Notes: generated by a model not told the origin, from the letters alone. Shown: positions 15,001 through 22,310, counted from the stretch's first letter. The stretch: DNA of 64,000 bases from Candidatus Daviesbacteria bacterium (GCA_028715175.1 JAQUSJ010000002.1:92117-156116); one strand, 5' to 3'. Numbers and translations: made by a program.

Positions 15001-18000
15001 AATAGTAACGTTGGCATCGGGACACAGTCTCCTGTAGGAAAACTTCATCTGCTTGGTTCAGGGACTACTACTGCTCCCACCTTCATGACTCAAAACTCTA
15101 CGTCCACCAACTTTGGCCTGGCAGTTTTGGATAATGGCAATGTAGGTATTGGGACAACTAACCCAACAGAAAAATTATCAATACGAAGCTCTGCTGTTAG
15201 TACAAATGCATTTTCTTCAGTAGCTAATTCTGATGCATCTACATTTGTCTCTTTATATGGAGGGACTAATACTAATGAAGCTGCTATTATTTGGTCAAAT
15301 ACTTCCGGAAAAGCATTGCGTTTTGGAGTAGGAAATGATCCTTCTGCTTCAGGTGCATGGTCAGAAAAAATGCGGATTACAACCGCAGGCAATCTCGGTA
15401 TTGGCTTTACCTCTCCAGATAGACTACTTCAGATAGGGTCTGATATAAATATCACTGGTACTGCTGCTTCTATCTTAGGGGCTAATGGAACACAGTTTAG
15501 TATTACCGGCTCTACAGCCAATACCCTCCATAAAAAATTAACTCTGGGAATAGATACCACTGATAATTATGGTGTTATCCAGGCTGGAAATACAGACGGA
15601 ACAACATATAATTTAGCCCTAAATCCAGCCGGAGGCAATGTCGGGATAGGGACAACAGCGCTCAATTCTAAACTTCAAGTTGCATCTAGTTATAGCGGCA
15701 GCTATGGGGACAGTACAATTTATGGCTCATATTTTAACATGAACCTTAGTAGTGTTACCAATGCTACCAAAAATGGTTTATACAGCTTAGTAAACGGAAC
15801 TGTCGGCTATAATGGATACACCAATGCTATTTTAGGAGAAGTAAGCACAACAGGAACACAGAATAATGGAGTAATTGGCGTTTACGGATACTCTCACGCA
15901 ACCAGCAGTGAAGGTAATTATGGGCTTAAAGGTTATGCTAATAGTGGAGGATATACAAATGCCGGTATCTGGGCAGCAGTAGATGGAACAGGAGCCTCCT
16001 CAGGTGGTTATAATCCCAGTGCTCGTAACGGAAACTACGCTTTTTACGGCACAGCAACCACTACCGGAGCCGGTGCCACCAATGTAGGACTTTATGTCTC
16101 AGCCTCAGGAGCAGGTACGAATTACGCCGCCATTTTTGATCAAGGCAATGTCGGCATCGGGACGACAGCACCAGGATATAAATTATCGATCGCTGGCGAT
16201 GTAATTGTGGGCCAAACAACAGCAGGGACTTTGAGAATAAGTGAATCTGGTGATCCAACCAATAGAGATAGAGACTATGTATTTAATGGTTCCGCCAACT
16301 TACTAACTTTAAAACGTTCAGATGATGCGGGAGCTGGTTTCAATATTACAAATACAGGATCTATTGGCATCGGGACAGTGGGGCCAGCAATAAACCTAGC
16401 TATTGGTGATACCGATACCGGGTTAAAGTGGGTCTCTGACGGAATCATCACCATGTACGGCAACAATCAGGAACTTGCTCGGTTCGATGGGGATGGGACT
16501 CAAGGTGTGGAGCTTTGGATTAGCCAAGGAGCAAATACAGAACGCCTTTGTCATGCTGCCGGAGATGTAACAGCTCAAAGAGCCCTGATAGACGATTGTA
16601 GTGGTACCCCCGGAGATTATGCCGAAGAGTATGGTACCACAGATGTAAGCATCGAATCAGGGGATATTGTCATGGTCGACAAAACAAGATCAGCTCAGGA
16701 AATTGAAAAAGATGGGCTTAAAGGGTCAAAGGCCTGGATAGTCAAATCAAATAAATCATACCAGGATAGTATTATAGGCGTCATTTCTACTAACCCTAAT
16801 GAGGTAATTGGAAAGAATTTTGAGCCAGAAGAAAATCCCAGACCAGTATCTTTAAACGGTAGAGTTCCGGTTAAAGTTAGTACTGAAAACGGGCCTGTTG
16901 AGGTTGGAGATTATCTGACTTCATCTTCTGTTCCAGGAGTAAGTATGAAAGCGACTAAACCTGGTCCAGTTGTAGGTAAAGCATTGGAAGGCTATAACAA
17001 TCCTGATCCCACAGTAGTTGGCAAAATCTTAGTATTTATCAATATCTCATGGGTAGATCCCAACTATTCCCTGACAGCAGCAGCTACTTTGTCTTTGGAT
17101 GTAAACGGCAATCTCAATCTGACTTCACCATCGCTGACCTCTCCCTCTCTGACTCTTACTCCTACAGGCAACGTTGGCATTGGCACCTCCAGTCCGTCTG
17201 CAGCTTTGGATGTAGTGGGAAATGCTACCATCAGTGGCAGAATCTCCTCGGGGGTGGGCTTTGACTCCCCCGAGGTGAATACTCCGCTTTTGGACTTAGG
17301 CCCGGCCAGCATTGCTTCCTCCTCATCCGGCCTGGCTATCCAATTTGCAACTGACAACATGGGAGGTATACCAACTACATTCCAAATCAAGAACTCTTTA
17401 GGGCAAAACTTATTCCAGATTGACGCTTCAGGATCAGCAAAATTGGCCGGGACCATTACCACAGAAGCCGGAGCCTTTGATGTAGCAGAAGATTACAATG
17501 TAGCTGATGATTCAATTGAAGCAGGAGATGTAGTTAGTATAGACGATGGAAAATCGAGTATGGAAGATGGAATTTCGAAGATAGAAAATGGAAGTTTGAA
17601 TGAAGTAAGTCCATCTTCTACCATCAATCCTCAAAATACTACCCTCAATCCTCCATCATCTACCGTCGAAAAATCCTCAAAACCTTATGACAATAAGGTA
17701 GTCGGTATTATCTCCACCAAACCGGCAATAACTTTACAAAACAAACCAGGTTTGAATTCAGACAAACCTGGTTTGAGCACAAAACCGGTAGCTCTGGCCG
17801 GCAGAGTACCTGTGAAAGTTTCAACAGAAAACGGAATAATTGAAAAAGGAGATTATTTAACTTCCTCTTCAATTCCCGGGGTAGCAATGAAAGCTACCAG
17901 ACCTGGTCAAGTTATAGGAAAAGCATTAGAAGCTTTCAGCTGTCAGTCTTCAGCTATCAGCCGGACAGAAAATAGTCTGACAGCTGACAGCGAAGCGGTA

Positions 18001-19203
18001 CTGACGACTGAAAGCTGTCAAGGCAAAATCTTAATGTTTATTAATGTTGCTTTTGCCGACCCCGGCAACTTCTTTGCCTCTCTATCCTGGGATGAGCAAG
18101 GTAATCTGATAATTCCCAAGATCAAAACAAACTCATTAATGCTGGATCCGTCCGTTGCCTCTGCTTCCAGCCAATTAACTATTAACAATGAACAATTAAC
18201 TATTAACTCCGATCCCAACTTTATCTCCCCTGGTCCAAATCTGGCATCAAATACCAATAACTATATAGATTTATCAGGAGAGATAGCTTCTTTGGAGGAT
18301 AGAATCAAGAATCTAGAGTCTAGAGTCAAGGAACAGAATCAAGAAATCACTAGACTCTCGACTCTGGCAACTAGCAACTCCTCATCAGGTAATGTTGGAA
18401 TAGGAACAACTGAGCTTTCAGTCGTCAGCCCTCAGTCGTCAGACTCAGCTCAAATTGCTTCATCCTCTTCCAGTCTGACAGCTGATAGCCGACAGCTGAC
18501 ATCTGATTTGCACCTCACTCCTCCTGATATCCTGCTAACCACCGGTTCTGCCGTATTTACCAACTTGACTGTTAAATCAGAAGCCACTATGTCCGGACAA
18601 CTTAGCATCTATGACCTGTCAGTCTCAAATACTCTTAAGTCTTTGGGCAAAACTACTCTGGCCGACACCTTAATTGCCGGAGATCTGATGATAGACGGAA
18701 CAATGTCTATATCCGGAAACTCGATTAACTCCTCGGGGGTGGGCCTTGACTCCCCCGAGGTGAGTAACGGCACTCTATATCTGCAAAATTCTACCCTGGC
18801 CCAGGGCCTGGACATCTTCAATGGCAAAGTAACCATAGATCCCGCAGGAAATATAACAACTCAAGGCAAAGTTATTGCTTCTGAGGTTAAAACCAACAAG
18901 CTGACTATTTCCAATACACCAATAGCTACCTCCTCTGCGAACACACCAGGGGCGGGCTTTGACTCCCCTGGTGTGAACGGAGCCTCAATCGGCACAACAA
19001 CCTTACCTGCAGGAGCGACCGCTGTCACTATCCAGACTGCCCAAATAAGCGAGAGCGCTAAAGTCTTTATCACTCCAATAAGCCCGACAGACAAAGTTCT
19101 GTCTGTTACAGATATTAAACCGGGTACAAGCTTTGATGTTTCGATGCTTACCCCATCCCAGACAGATATTAAGTTTAACTGGTGGATAGTAGAAAGCAAA
19201 TAG
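6010..19203 (+). CDS. Giant (4397 aa) membrane-anchored surface protein: N-terminal MerR-type HTH, one TM helix, G-N-V-G-I-G-T repeat modules, LamG/ConA-like lectin domain, duplicated C-terminal modules
   Basis: Uninterrupted 13.2 kb ORF. IGQAAKLLGVSIDTLRRWEKAGKI...GGTRLY is MerR-like. TM helix LLVGSVFLSIITLLITSWITA. LamG-like GLVGYWDFSEGTGTKAYDKSPYGNDGTI...GKIDEPRIYTRALSADEV. More than 40 copies of NVGIGT. Confidence 0.8.
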   Translation: MSDPSTTKPLLKIGQAAKLLGVSIDTLRRWEKAGKITAIRTPGGTRLYHLSQLKKVNPASVEDFQAKSFTTEELLKKTEIQTVDDRQWKIGVEDRNWTIDDQSSTIHLQKSTFNPLSSIVNKLLVGSVFLSIITLLITSWITASYLTNPNQTQQFFKNNIASGLFSPFHKLAEVAVAEISPAQAKILGFIPPDEPPPLIISQQPNKSSAVLAVTSLLPFLEVNADTQINGSLFVRDSVNGLNMEATSSASSMALTSGDTTLTVTKDALLDQDVSTTAAPTFNTLNLSATKDQLVFQSGGPTGTLTWTPTATRTITLPDVTTTLVGKDTTDTLTNKSLSGSSNTLTNIPNSALTNSKVTVTAGTNLTGGGDISLGSSATIALKDSPSITGTLTVGGTTTLSGATTLSSTLAVTGAATFSSTITAGGVVKLTDGTAAAPALTFTSDTDTGLYRIGTNKIGLITAGTATSGITIDENGNVGIGTISPTSQLQTTGNVGIGGSASITSLLSANGSAAVTGSFCLNGDCKSSWTGIGGYTASNGITLSSTDFQLGGNLTRATGIDIAGQNFGFLGGNVGIGTTNPNYQLETTGNVGIGGSLTVTSTGVFGSIQDNGSLVVSGTSYLQGILGSTLTTTGNIGIGGSASIASNLNAGSLTVTGLSSLANVNTSAINASSLTTTGNITSQGTFLAANGTASAPGYSFTNLTNAGLWTNGDGLLLTTGGTNTSGITVTGAGNVGIGTTIPGATLEVAGSQTIGSASSISSILRLFGSIGYGEFRIGSSDIYNWRMMRENATTGRLDFIPSTGSLGSIPTLTLLTDGNVGIGTTSPNYKLDVVGQINSSTGLCIDGDCKTSWSGSAGYTASNGITLTGVDFQLGGSLTRATGIDIASQNFGFLGGNVGIGKSNPSYALDVLGTGYFSGFLGVGSSMNVAGNVGIGGTAAITSLTQANGGLTVTGASILQALTATDINAATLTATGNITSQGTFLAANGTASAPGYSFTNLTNAGLWTNGDGLLLTTGGTNTSGITVTGAGNIGIGTTSPAYKLDVVGQINSSTGLCINGDCKSSWTGSAGYTASNGITLSSVDFQLGGKLTRATGIDIASQNFGFLGGNVGIGTTSPQTALSLSSGQSATGISLYNTADETTNYERLRAYWSSNYAWIDTTKGGSGTSRGLIISGAGGLFLKSSTSVYFDAGTSFIVASTGITPSATITRATGYARFGDATAPTVSLEAANGFIVAAGNVGIGTTGPGAPLAINGVGKASTDDLLLVGQGGSGQIRVRHIEGKQSDSDNYGDLYLNYNSTGNVLLVRGGGNVGIGTISPTGKLIVSGGNVGIGVSTPLTALAVNGGGTIGWGLTGVAGPTNGLAVSGNVGIGTSSPSTFNLEVAGNIGPEADSTRDIGSPSRYYANIYAKNLITGTSGNVGYWTRTGTTLSPVTAGDNVSLTGSYSSTPATDTPAITLTGTNVATSNLAYFNAKNTSGTIFNIAYGAATTLTGDLVGTSIDLNDGKVTDSTHSITGFYTKLPTITADNATGIVSLKGLSVFFGTGSGINETGAGALTYTAADLSMPALTQTAGTLTANGVLITTPLSITTGGTANGVNISPTGVGAGTLNAINIGTISPLGGTENAIAVGTGWDNVLKVGSTTVINGSGVTQVAGGGTGIATYNVGDLLYASGATTFTNIGIGTSGQVLTTTAGVPIWGNVNGSSCTNCLVNNPTSTQNISPTGQTTTGLSVRQTSTGSPTQDIFNVTSSDGVTKYFYVDSSGNVSTGGVASQTLTLTPTSDTTALTLVGTNVATSKLAYFNAKNLQGTIFDISYGASATLRANQTLTGQNIDLSTNVSVGAGSTNPISVTGFALTMPAPTNTNTSGTNALKGLVITAGSGINQNGAGGTTTFSGVDVTIPPLTQTAGTLTGNGVLITTPSSITTGGTANGLNISPTGVGAGTLNGINIGNITAGSGTETAINVGTGWDYGLYSQTTNPSYFAGNVGIGTTTPGATLEVAGSQTIGSAASTSSILRLFGSVGYGELRIGNSDTYNWRMMRENQTTGRLDFIPSTGSLGSTPTLTLLTGGNIGIGFTSPNALLHIGGADQTTSAYGIKMGSDITLYRSATNTLKTDNNFVVGGSLTTAGLTNTSQFLAANGTAALPSYSFTNLTNAGLWTNGNGLLLTTNGSNTSGITVTGAGLVGIGTTAPVYALDIVGNSSLWQSVYGTDDGLVGYWDFSEGTGTKAYDKSPYGNDGTITAGAGGWTTGKYGNAYDFDGASDGSGTYIDVGNKITASNLSSLTIEAWLKRDAISPAAEDHIISNWTGTYHFGTTSNKFSIYLYNTTPTQGSVTGTTTVTNGVWYHVVTTYDGSKIRIYVNGVEENSTDFSGSLRSSSTTTKIGAGGSYPGAWASYLFNGKIDEPRIYTRALSADEVKAHYLRGSSNTAVTMNTSTTAGTVYGLRGVVTDTGIVTTGTDTAYGSRIDVTRTGATGGTLNTYGQYLNLTTDNAGGGTHNAYGLYVALDGNADNNYAAVFTGGNVGIGTTSPGAKLAVIGNVGIGTSAAGAALQVNGGGLFGWGTTSIAGPSNGLAVFGNVGIGTTSPTNPLTVIGNANIAGTLTTAGLTNTGQFLAANGTAALPSYSFSNLTNAGLWTNGNGLLLTTGGTNTSGITVTGAGNVGIGTTSPIGQLALGTYQGGTGSSIVAAYGKQLTLTGAFNAGYNTGSQIKLMINDYSNDGGDDIYPIYAEDENNGVDFYIRNQAGTRTAYFGGNVGIGATTPEAKLHVVGTLRTDSTITAYVNGIDNAPITMDYYNGRYRIESYKLATSGQIMSINETLHAVMWGNVGIGTQSPASKLHLLGSGATTAPTFMTQNSTSTNFGLAVLDNGNVGIGTTSPTSTFEVAASKTINFNSSPVSNLVLGSNMSAGNYNITSVNQLTINSTNGINRDVDNSYLNLMGGTNWSSGGGAAVLIAGKDLAGQTGNVRVYTPNAAGSSGLERLNIGGLATTANFIISNSNVGIGTQSPVGKLHLLGSGTTTAPTFMTQNSTSTNFGLAVLDNGNVGIGTTNPTEKLSIRSSAVSTNAFSSVANSDASTFVSLYGGTNTNEAAIIWSNTSGKALRFGVGNDPSASGAWSEKMRITTAGNLGIGFTSPDRLLQIGSDINITGTAASILGANGTQFSITGSTANTLHKKLTLGIDTTDNYGVIQAGNTDGTTYNLALNPAGGNVGIGTTALNSKLQVASSYSGSYGDSTIYGSYFNMNLSSVTNATKNGLYSLVNGTVGYNGYTNAILGEVSTTGTQNNGVIGVYGYSHATSSEGNYGLKGYANSGGYTNAGIWAAVDGTGASSGGYNPSARNGNYAFYGTATTTGAGATNVGLYVSASGAGTNYAAIFDQGNVGIGTTAPGYKLSIAGDVIVGQTTAGTLRISESGDPTNRDRDYVFNGSANLLTLKRSDDAGAGFNITNTGSIGIGTVGPAINLAIGDTDTGLKWVSDGIITMYGNNQELARFDGDGTQGVELWISQGANTERLCHAAGDVTAQRALIDDCSGTPGDYAEEYGTTDVSIESGDIVMVDKTRSAQEIEKDGLKGSKAWIVKSNKSYQDSIIGVISTNPNEVIGKNFEPEENPRPVSLNGRVPVKVSTENGPVEVGDYLTSSSVPGVSMKATKPGPVVGKALEGYNNPDPTVVGKILVFINISWVDPNYSLTAAATLSLDVNGNLNLTSPSLTSPSLTLTPTGNVGIGTSSPSAALDVVGNATISGRISSGVGFDSPEVNTPLLDLGPASIASSSSGLAIQFATDNMGGIPTTFQIKNSLGQNLFQIDASGSAKLAGTITTEAGAFDVAEDYNVADDSIEAGDVVSIDDGKSSMEDGISKIENGSLNEVSPSSTINPQNTTLNPPSSTVEKSSKPYDNKVVGIISTKPAITLQNKPGLNSDKPGLSTKPVALAGRVPVKVSTENGIIEKGDYLTSSSIPGVAMKATRPGQVIGKALEAFSCQSSAISRTENSLTADSEAVLTTESCQGKILMFINVAFADPGNFFASLSWDEQGNLIIPKIKTNSLMLDPSVASASSQLTINNEQLTINSDPNFISPGPNLASNTNNYIDLSGEIASLEDRIKNLESRVKEQNQEITRLSTLATSNSSSGNVGIGTTELSVVSPQSSDSAQIASSSSSLTADSRQLTSDLHLTPPDILLTTGSAVFTNLTVKSEATMSGQLSIYDLSVSNTLKSLGKTTLADTLIAGDLMIDGTMSISGNSINSSGVGLDSPEVSNGTLYLQNSTLAQGLDIFNGKVTIDPAGNITTQGKVIASEVKTNKLTISNTPIATSSANTPGAGFDSPGVNGASIGTTTLPAGATAVTIQTAQISESAKVFITPISPTDKVLSVTDIKPGTSFDVSMLTPSQTDIKFNWWIVESK
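17246..17277. repeat. Family-D perfect hairpin (CCTCGGGGGTGGGCTTTGACTCCCCCGAGGTG), in frame in the giant gene (SGVGFDSPEV)
   Basis: 9-10-bp GC-rich stem read directly. Confidence 0.75.
17931..18017. repeat. Family-A element inserted in frame inside the giant gene (encodes AFSCQSSAISRTENSLTADSEAVLTTESCQ)
   Basis: The paralogous module at 16980-17040 has GYNNPDPTVV at the equivalent position. Confidence 0.75.
18414..18506. repeat. Family-A element inserted in frame inside the giant gene (encodes ELSVVSPQSSDSAQIASSSSSLTADSRQLTSD)
   Basis: gagctttcagtcgtcagccctcagtcgtcagac...agtctgacagctgatagccgacagctgac. Confidence 0.7.
18731..18762. repeat. Family-D hairpin in frame in the giant gene (SGVGLDSPEV)
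   Basis: cctcgggggtgggccttgactcccccgaggtg. Confidence 0.75.
18947..18974. repeat. Family-D hairpin variant in frame in the giant gene (PGAGFDSPGV)
   Basis: ccaggggcgggctttgactcccctggtg. Confidence 0.6.
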
Positions 19204-19210
19204 GACCTAT

Positions 19211-19789
19211 ATGACAGATACGACCTATCCGACAGATCAAAAGAAAACGCACGGCGGTTACCGTAACCTCCGATCTTTCCAAACTGCCACCCTTATATAT
19301 GACCTGACTGTCGAATTTTGCGATCGTTATATGACCTATCCGACTAATAAGTCTTATAGGACCTATGATCAAATGGTGCAAGCGGCAAGGAGCGGCAGAC
19401 AAAACATTGCTGAAGGTTCCCAAGCCTCCGCCGTCTCTAAAAAATCAGAAATCAAACTGGTAGGAGTAGCCAGAGCTTCACTGGAAGAGCTACTTATAGA
19501 CTACGAGGATTTTTTAAGACAACGGTCTTTGCCTCTTTGGAGCAAAGGTTGCCCCCAGGCTCAAACTATTAGGAATCTGACGTATAAGACGGATAAGACT
19601 TATACGACCTATCAGACCTATCTTAAAAATCCTGAATCTGCAGCTAATTGCTTAATCTGCCTGATTCATCAAGCTAATTATCTTTTAGACAAACAACTTC
19701 AGGCTTTAGAAAAAGCCTTTATTACCCAAGGCGGTTATTCTGAAAATCTCTTTAAAGCCCGCCTGAAAAAGAGGGAATCAGACCGATGA
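19211..19789 (+). CDS. Four-helix-bundle protein (23S rRNA IVS-protein family) with repeat-derived N-terminus
   Basis: NIAEGSQAS...VARASLEELLIDYEDFL matches the NIAEG...IARGSL.EL motif of four-helix-bundle proteins. The N-terminal TYPT/TYKTDKTYTTYQTY peptides are encoded by gacctat/taagtc repeats. Confidence 0.5.
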   Translation: MTDTTYPTDQKKTHGGYRNLRSFQTATLIYDLTVEFCDRYMTYPTNKSYRTYDQMVQAARSGRQNIAEGSQASAVSKKSEIKLVGVARASLEELLIDYEDFLRQRSLPLWSKGCPQAQTIRNLTYKTDKTYTTYQTYLKNPESAANCLICLIHQANYLLDKQLQALEKAFITQGGYSENLFKARLKKRESDR

Positions 19790-19872
19790 GACCTATAGGA
19801 CTAATAAGACTTAGTTTGATATATTTAACACCAGTTGCAAAGCTCGGTTAAATTTGACTAAACTGATATATT

Positions 19873-22230
19873 ATGGAAGAATTACAAGGTTTACGCAAAA
19901 CAGTAAACAATTATTTAGGCTTAATTTTTAAAATTGGTTTATGTCTGGTAATACTCTCTTCTTTCTTCTTCTTCACCAACCTGACAACCGAAATGTTTGA
20001 CAGCGCAAAATTTGTAGTACTAATAATTTTTACCGGATTGCTCCTGGTGCTTTTGACCTTAAAATTTACAATTGCCGACAAAGTTACATTTGTTAGAACT
20101 CCACTGGATATCCCCCTGATATTGCTTCTTGTAGTCGGCATTGTTTCTACCTTTCTCTCGTCGGCCCCTTATGTTGCTCTACTCGGCAATCAGCTTAAAA
20201 TTCACGGAAGCTTAGTTTCTCTGGCTGTATACATTTTGTTTTATTTTATCCTGGTTAATAATTTAAAAAATATAAAGAATATCCGGTGGATTTTTACCTT
20301 AACGATAGTCGCCTCACAGGTACTCGCAGTTGCAAGTCTTCTAACATATAGCGGGGTTAAAATACTACCCGGTCCATGGGTACACGGAATTAACTTCACC
20401 CCGACAGGCTCTAACTTTTCCACAACTGCTATTCTGGCGCTTCTAATACCTTTTATTGTGATACAGATCCTAACCTCTTCTAAGCCAATATTACTTATTC
20501 TTAACTCCTTATTCTTGCTTTTATCCGGACTGGCAATTGCCTTAACAGGCACATGGGCAACATGGATTGGAGCTTTGGTTGCTCTTTTACTAACTGTTGC
20601 AGCAATCGCTCCGATCAGACAAATAAGTCGGATTAGACCTATTAGTCTGATAGGACTAATCGGACCTATAAGTCTAATAGGACTAATTACAGCTCTTTCT
20701 TTTATCCCACCTTTAAGCGGGGTTAAAAATCCCATCTATACCCAGGCGCAAAACTTTCCCAGGGAAATACAGTTATCCTTTGTAGATTCCTGGAAAATAT
20801 CTGTTTCTGCTTTTCGGGATTCACCTTTTTGGGGCACCGGACCGGCTTCTTTTAGCTTTGATTTCACAAATTATAAACCGGTTGAATTTAATACTTCCAA
20901 ATTCTGGAATCTAAGATTTGACTTACCGTTTAATGAATACTTACAAGTCTTAGCCAGCTTGGGAGGTATTGGTTTGGTAGCGCTACTATCCTTAACAGCA
21001 TTATTTATTTCTTCGGCATATCAGACCTATATGACTTATCGGTCCGATAGGTCTTATTCGGAAAGCGAAAAAGTCACCCTCGCAATCTCCGGTCTGATTT
21101 TCTTTATTATATTAGCCCTGCATTCGGCAACCTTAAGCGTGTGGGTAATTGGTCTTTTGGTCTTAGCCTCTTTCATGGTGATTAACCAGGAAAACAATCC
21201 CGGTTTGTTTTCTTTCAAACCGGGATTGAATGAGCAGAATAATTTTAAAAACATGTTTTTGAAAATTGCCGGAAACATCAGTAATCCGGAATCTTTAAAA
21301 GAAACCATCAGGATAGATGCGCTACCCGGGATCTTGTTGACAATTGCCCTGGCTTTGGTATTATTTGCAGGTTTCTTTGGAGGAAAATTTGTACTGGCAG
21401 ATTACTACCACAGATTAGCGCTAAATGCAGTCGCGGAAAACCAGGGTATTGTTGCTTATAACAACTTAATAGCGGCAGAAAAACTTAATCCATATAATGA
21501 CGTGTACCGGACAGATCTAGCGCAGACCAATTTTGCCCTGGCAAATGCCATAGCAACGGCCAAAGCTCCAACCGAAGCTTCACCATCAGGTTCGCTAACA
21601 GACCAGGACAAACAAAATATCCAGATTCTGCTCCAGCAGTCAATATCTGAAGCAAGAACTGCCGTCACCTTAAGTCCGAAATCAGCAATAAATTGGGAGA
21701 TACTGGCGATGCTCTACAGACAAATTTCCGGCGTTGCCCAAAATGCGCTGGTTTTCTCTCTTGACGCCTACGGCAGAGCAATCTTTCAGGATCCTCTAAA
21801 CCCCAATTTAAGAGTTAGTGTTGGCGGTGTCTATTATGCGGTTAAAAATTATGACATGGCAATCAGGTTCTTTACAGATTCCATAAATTTAAAGCCTGAT
21901 TTTACCAACGGATACTACAATTTATCTGTTGCTCTCCGGGATAAGGGAGATTTAACTAATGCACAGGCTCTGGCGGAAAAATTACTGACATTAATAGACA
22001 AATCTTCGCCTGATTATAAAACAGTAAGCGATTATCTTGACGATTTGAAAAGTCGGGTAGCATCCGGCAGCACTAAAGAGTCGGAAATTCAACCTCCTGC
22101 TTCGAAAGAAACCGGCGCGCTTCAGCAAAAAGAGTTGCCAAAAGTAGTTGATGTGGGTAATCCCCCAAATAATATTGCCACCCCGTCTGCCGTCAAAAAA
22201 CCCAACCCTACCCCAACACCAAAACCATAA
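19873..22230 (+). CDS. Polytopic membrane protein, O-antigen ligase (Wzy_C)-like with C-terminal TPR repeats
   Basis: About 10 hydrophobic helices followed by TPR-like repeats (AIRFFTDSINLKPDFTNGYYNLSVALRDKGDLTNA). Contains the repeat-encoded IRQISRIRPISLIGLIGPISLIGLI. Confidence 0.55.
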   Translation: MEELQGLRKTVNNYLGLIFKIGLCLVILSSFFFFTNLTTEMFDSAKFVVLIIFTGLLLVLLTLKFTIADKVTFVRTPLDIPLILLLVVGIVSTFLSSAPYVALLGNQLKIHGSLVSLAVYILFYFILVNNLKNIKNIRWIFTLTIVASQVLAVASLLTYSGVKILPGPWVHGINFTPTGSNFSTTAILALLIPFIVIQILTSSKPILLILNSLFLLLSGLAIALTGTWATWIGALVALLLTVAAIAPIRQISRIRPISLIGLIGPISLIGLITALSFIPPLSGVKNPIYTQAQNFPREIQLSFVDSWKISVSAFRDSPFWGTGPASFSFDFTNYKPVEFNTSKFWNLRFDLPFNEYLQVLASLGGIGLVALLSLTALFISSAYQTYMTYRSDRSYSESEKVTLAISGLIFFIILALHSATLSVWVIGLLVLASFMVINQENNPGLFSFKPGLNEQNNFKNMFLKIAGNISNPESLKETIRIDALPGILLTIALALVLFAGFFGGKFVLADYYHRLALNAVAENQGIVAYNNLIAAEKLNPYNDVYRTDLAQTNFALANAIATAKAPTEASPSGSLTDQDKQNIQILLQQSISEARTAVTLSPKSAINWEILAMLYRQISGVAQNALVFSLDAYGRAIFQDPLNPNLRVSVGGVYYAVKNYDMAIRFFTDSINLKPDFTNGYYNLSVALRDKGDLTNAQALAEKLLTLIDKSSPDYKTVSDYLDDLKSRVASGSTKESEIQPPASKETGALQQKELPKVVDVGNPPNNIATPSAVKKPNPTPTPKP

Positions 22231-22237
22231 AAAGGAG

Positions 22238-22310
22238 TGGACTCACCGAGAATCGAACTCGAAACTGTACAATGCGAATGTACCGGTATACCATTTACCT
22301 ATGAGCCCAT
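22238..22310 (-). tRNA. tRNA-Ala (CGC)
   Basis: Cloverleaf folded by eye. Acceptor GGGCTCA/TGAGTCC with G3:U70; anticodon loop TTCGCAT; T-loop GTTCGATTC. Confidence 0.6.

Noticed and set aside
6819-19199. About 15 minus-strand ORFs (65-210 aa) antisense to the giant gene, plus 17049..17264 (+) in another frame
   Set aside because: They lie inside a 13-kb continuous ORF with strong domain content. They are Pro/Val-rich frame artefacts of the Gly/Thr/Asn-rich sense strand.
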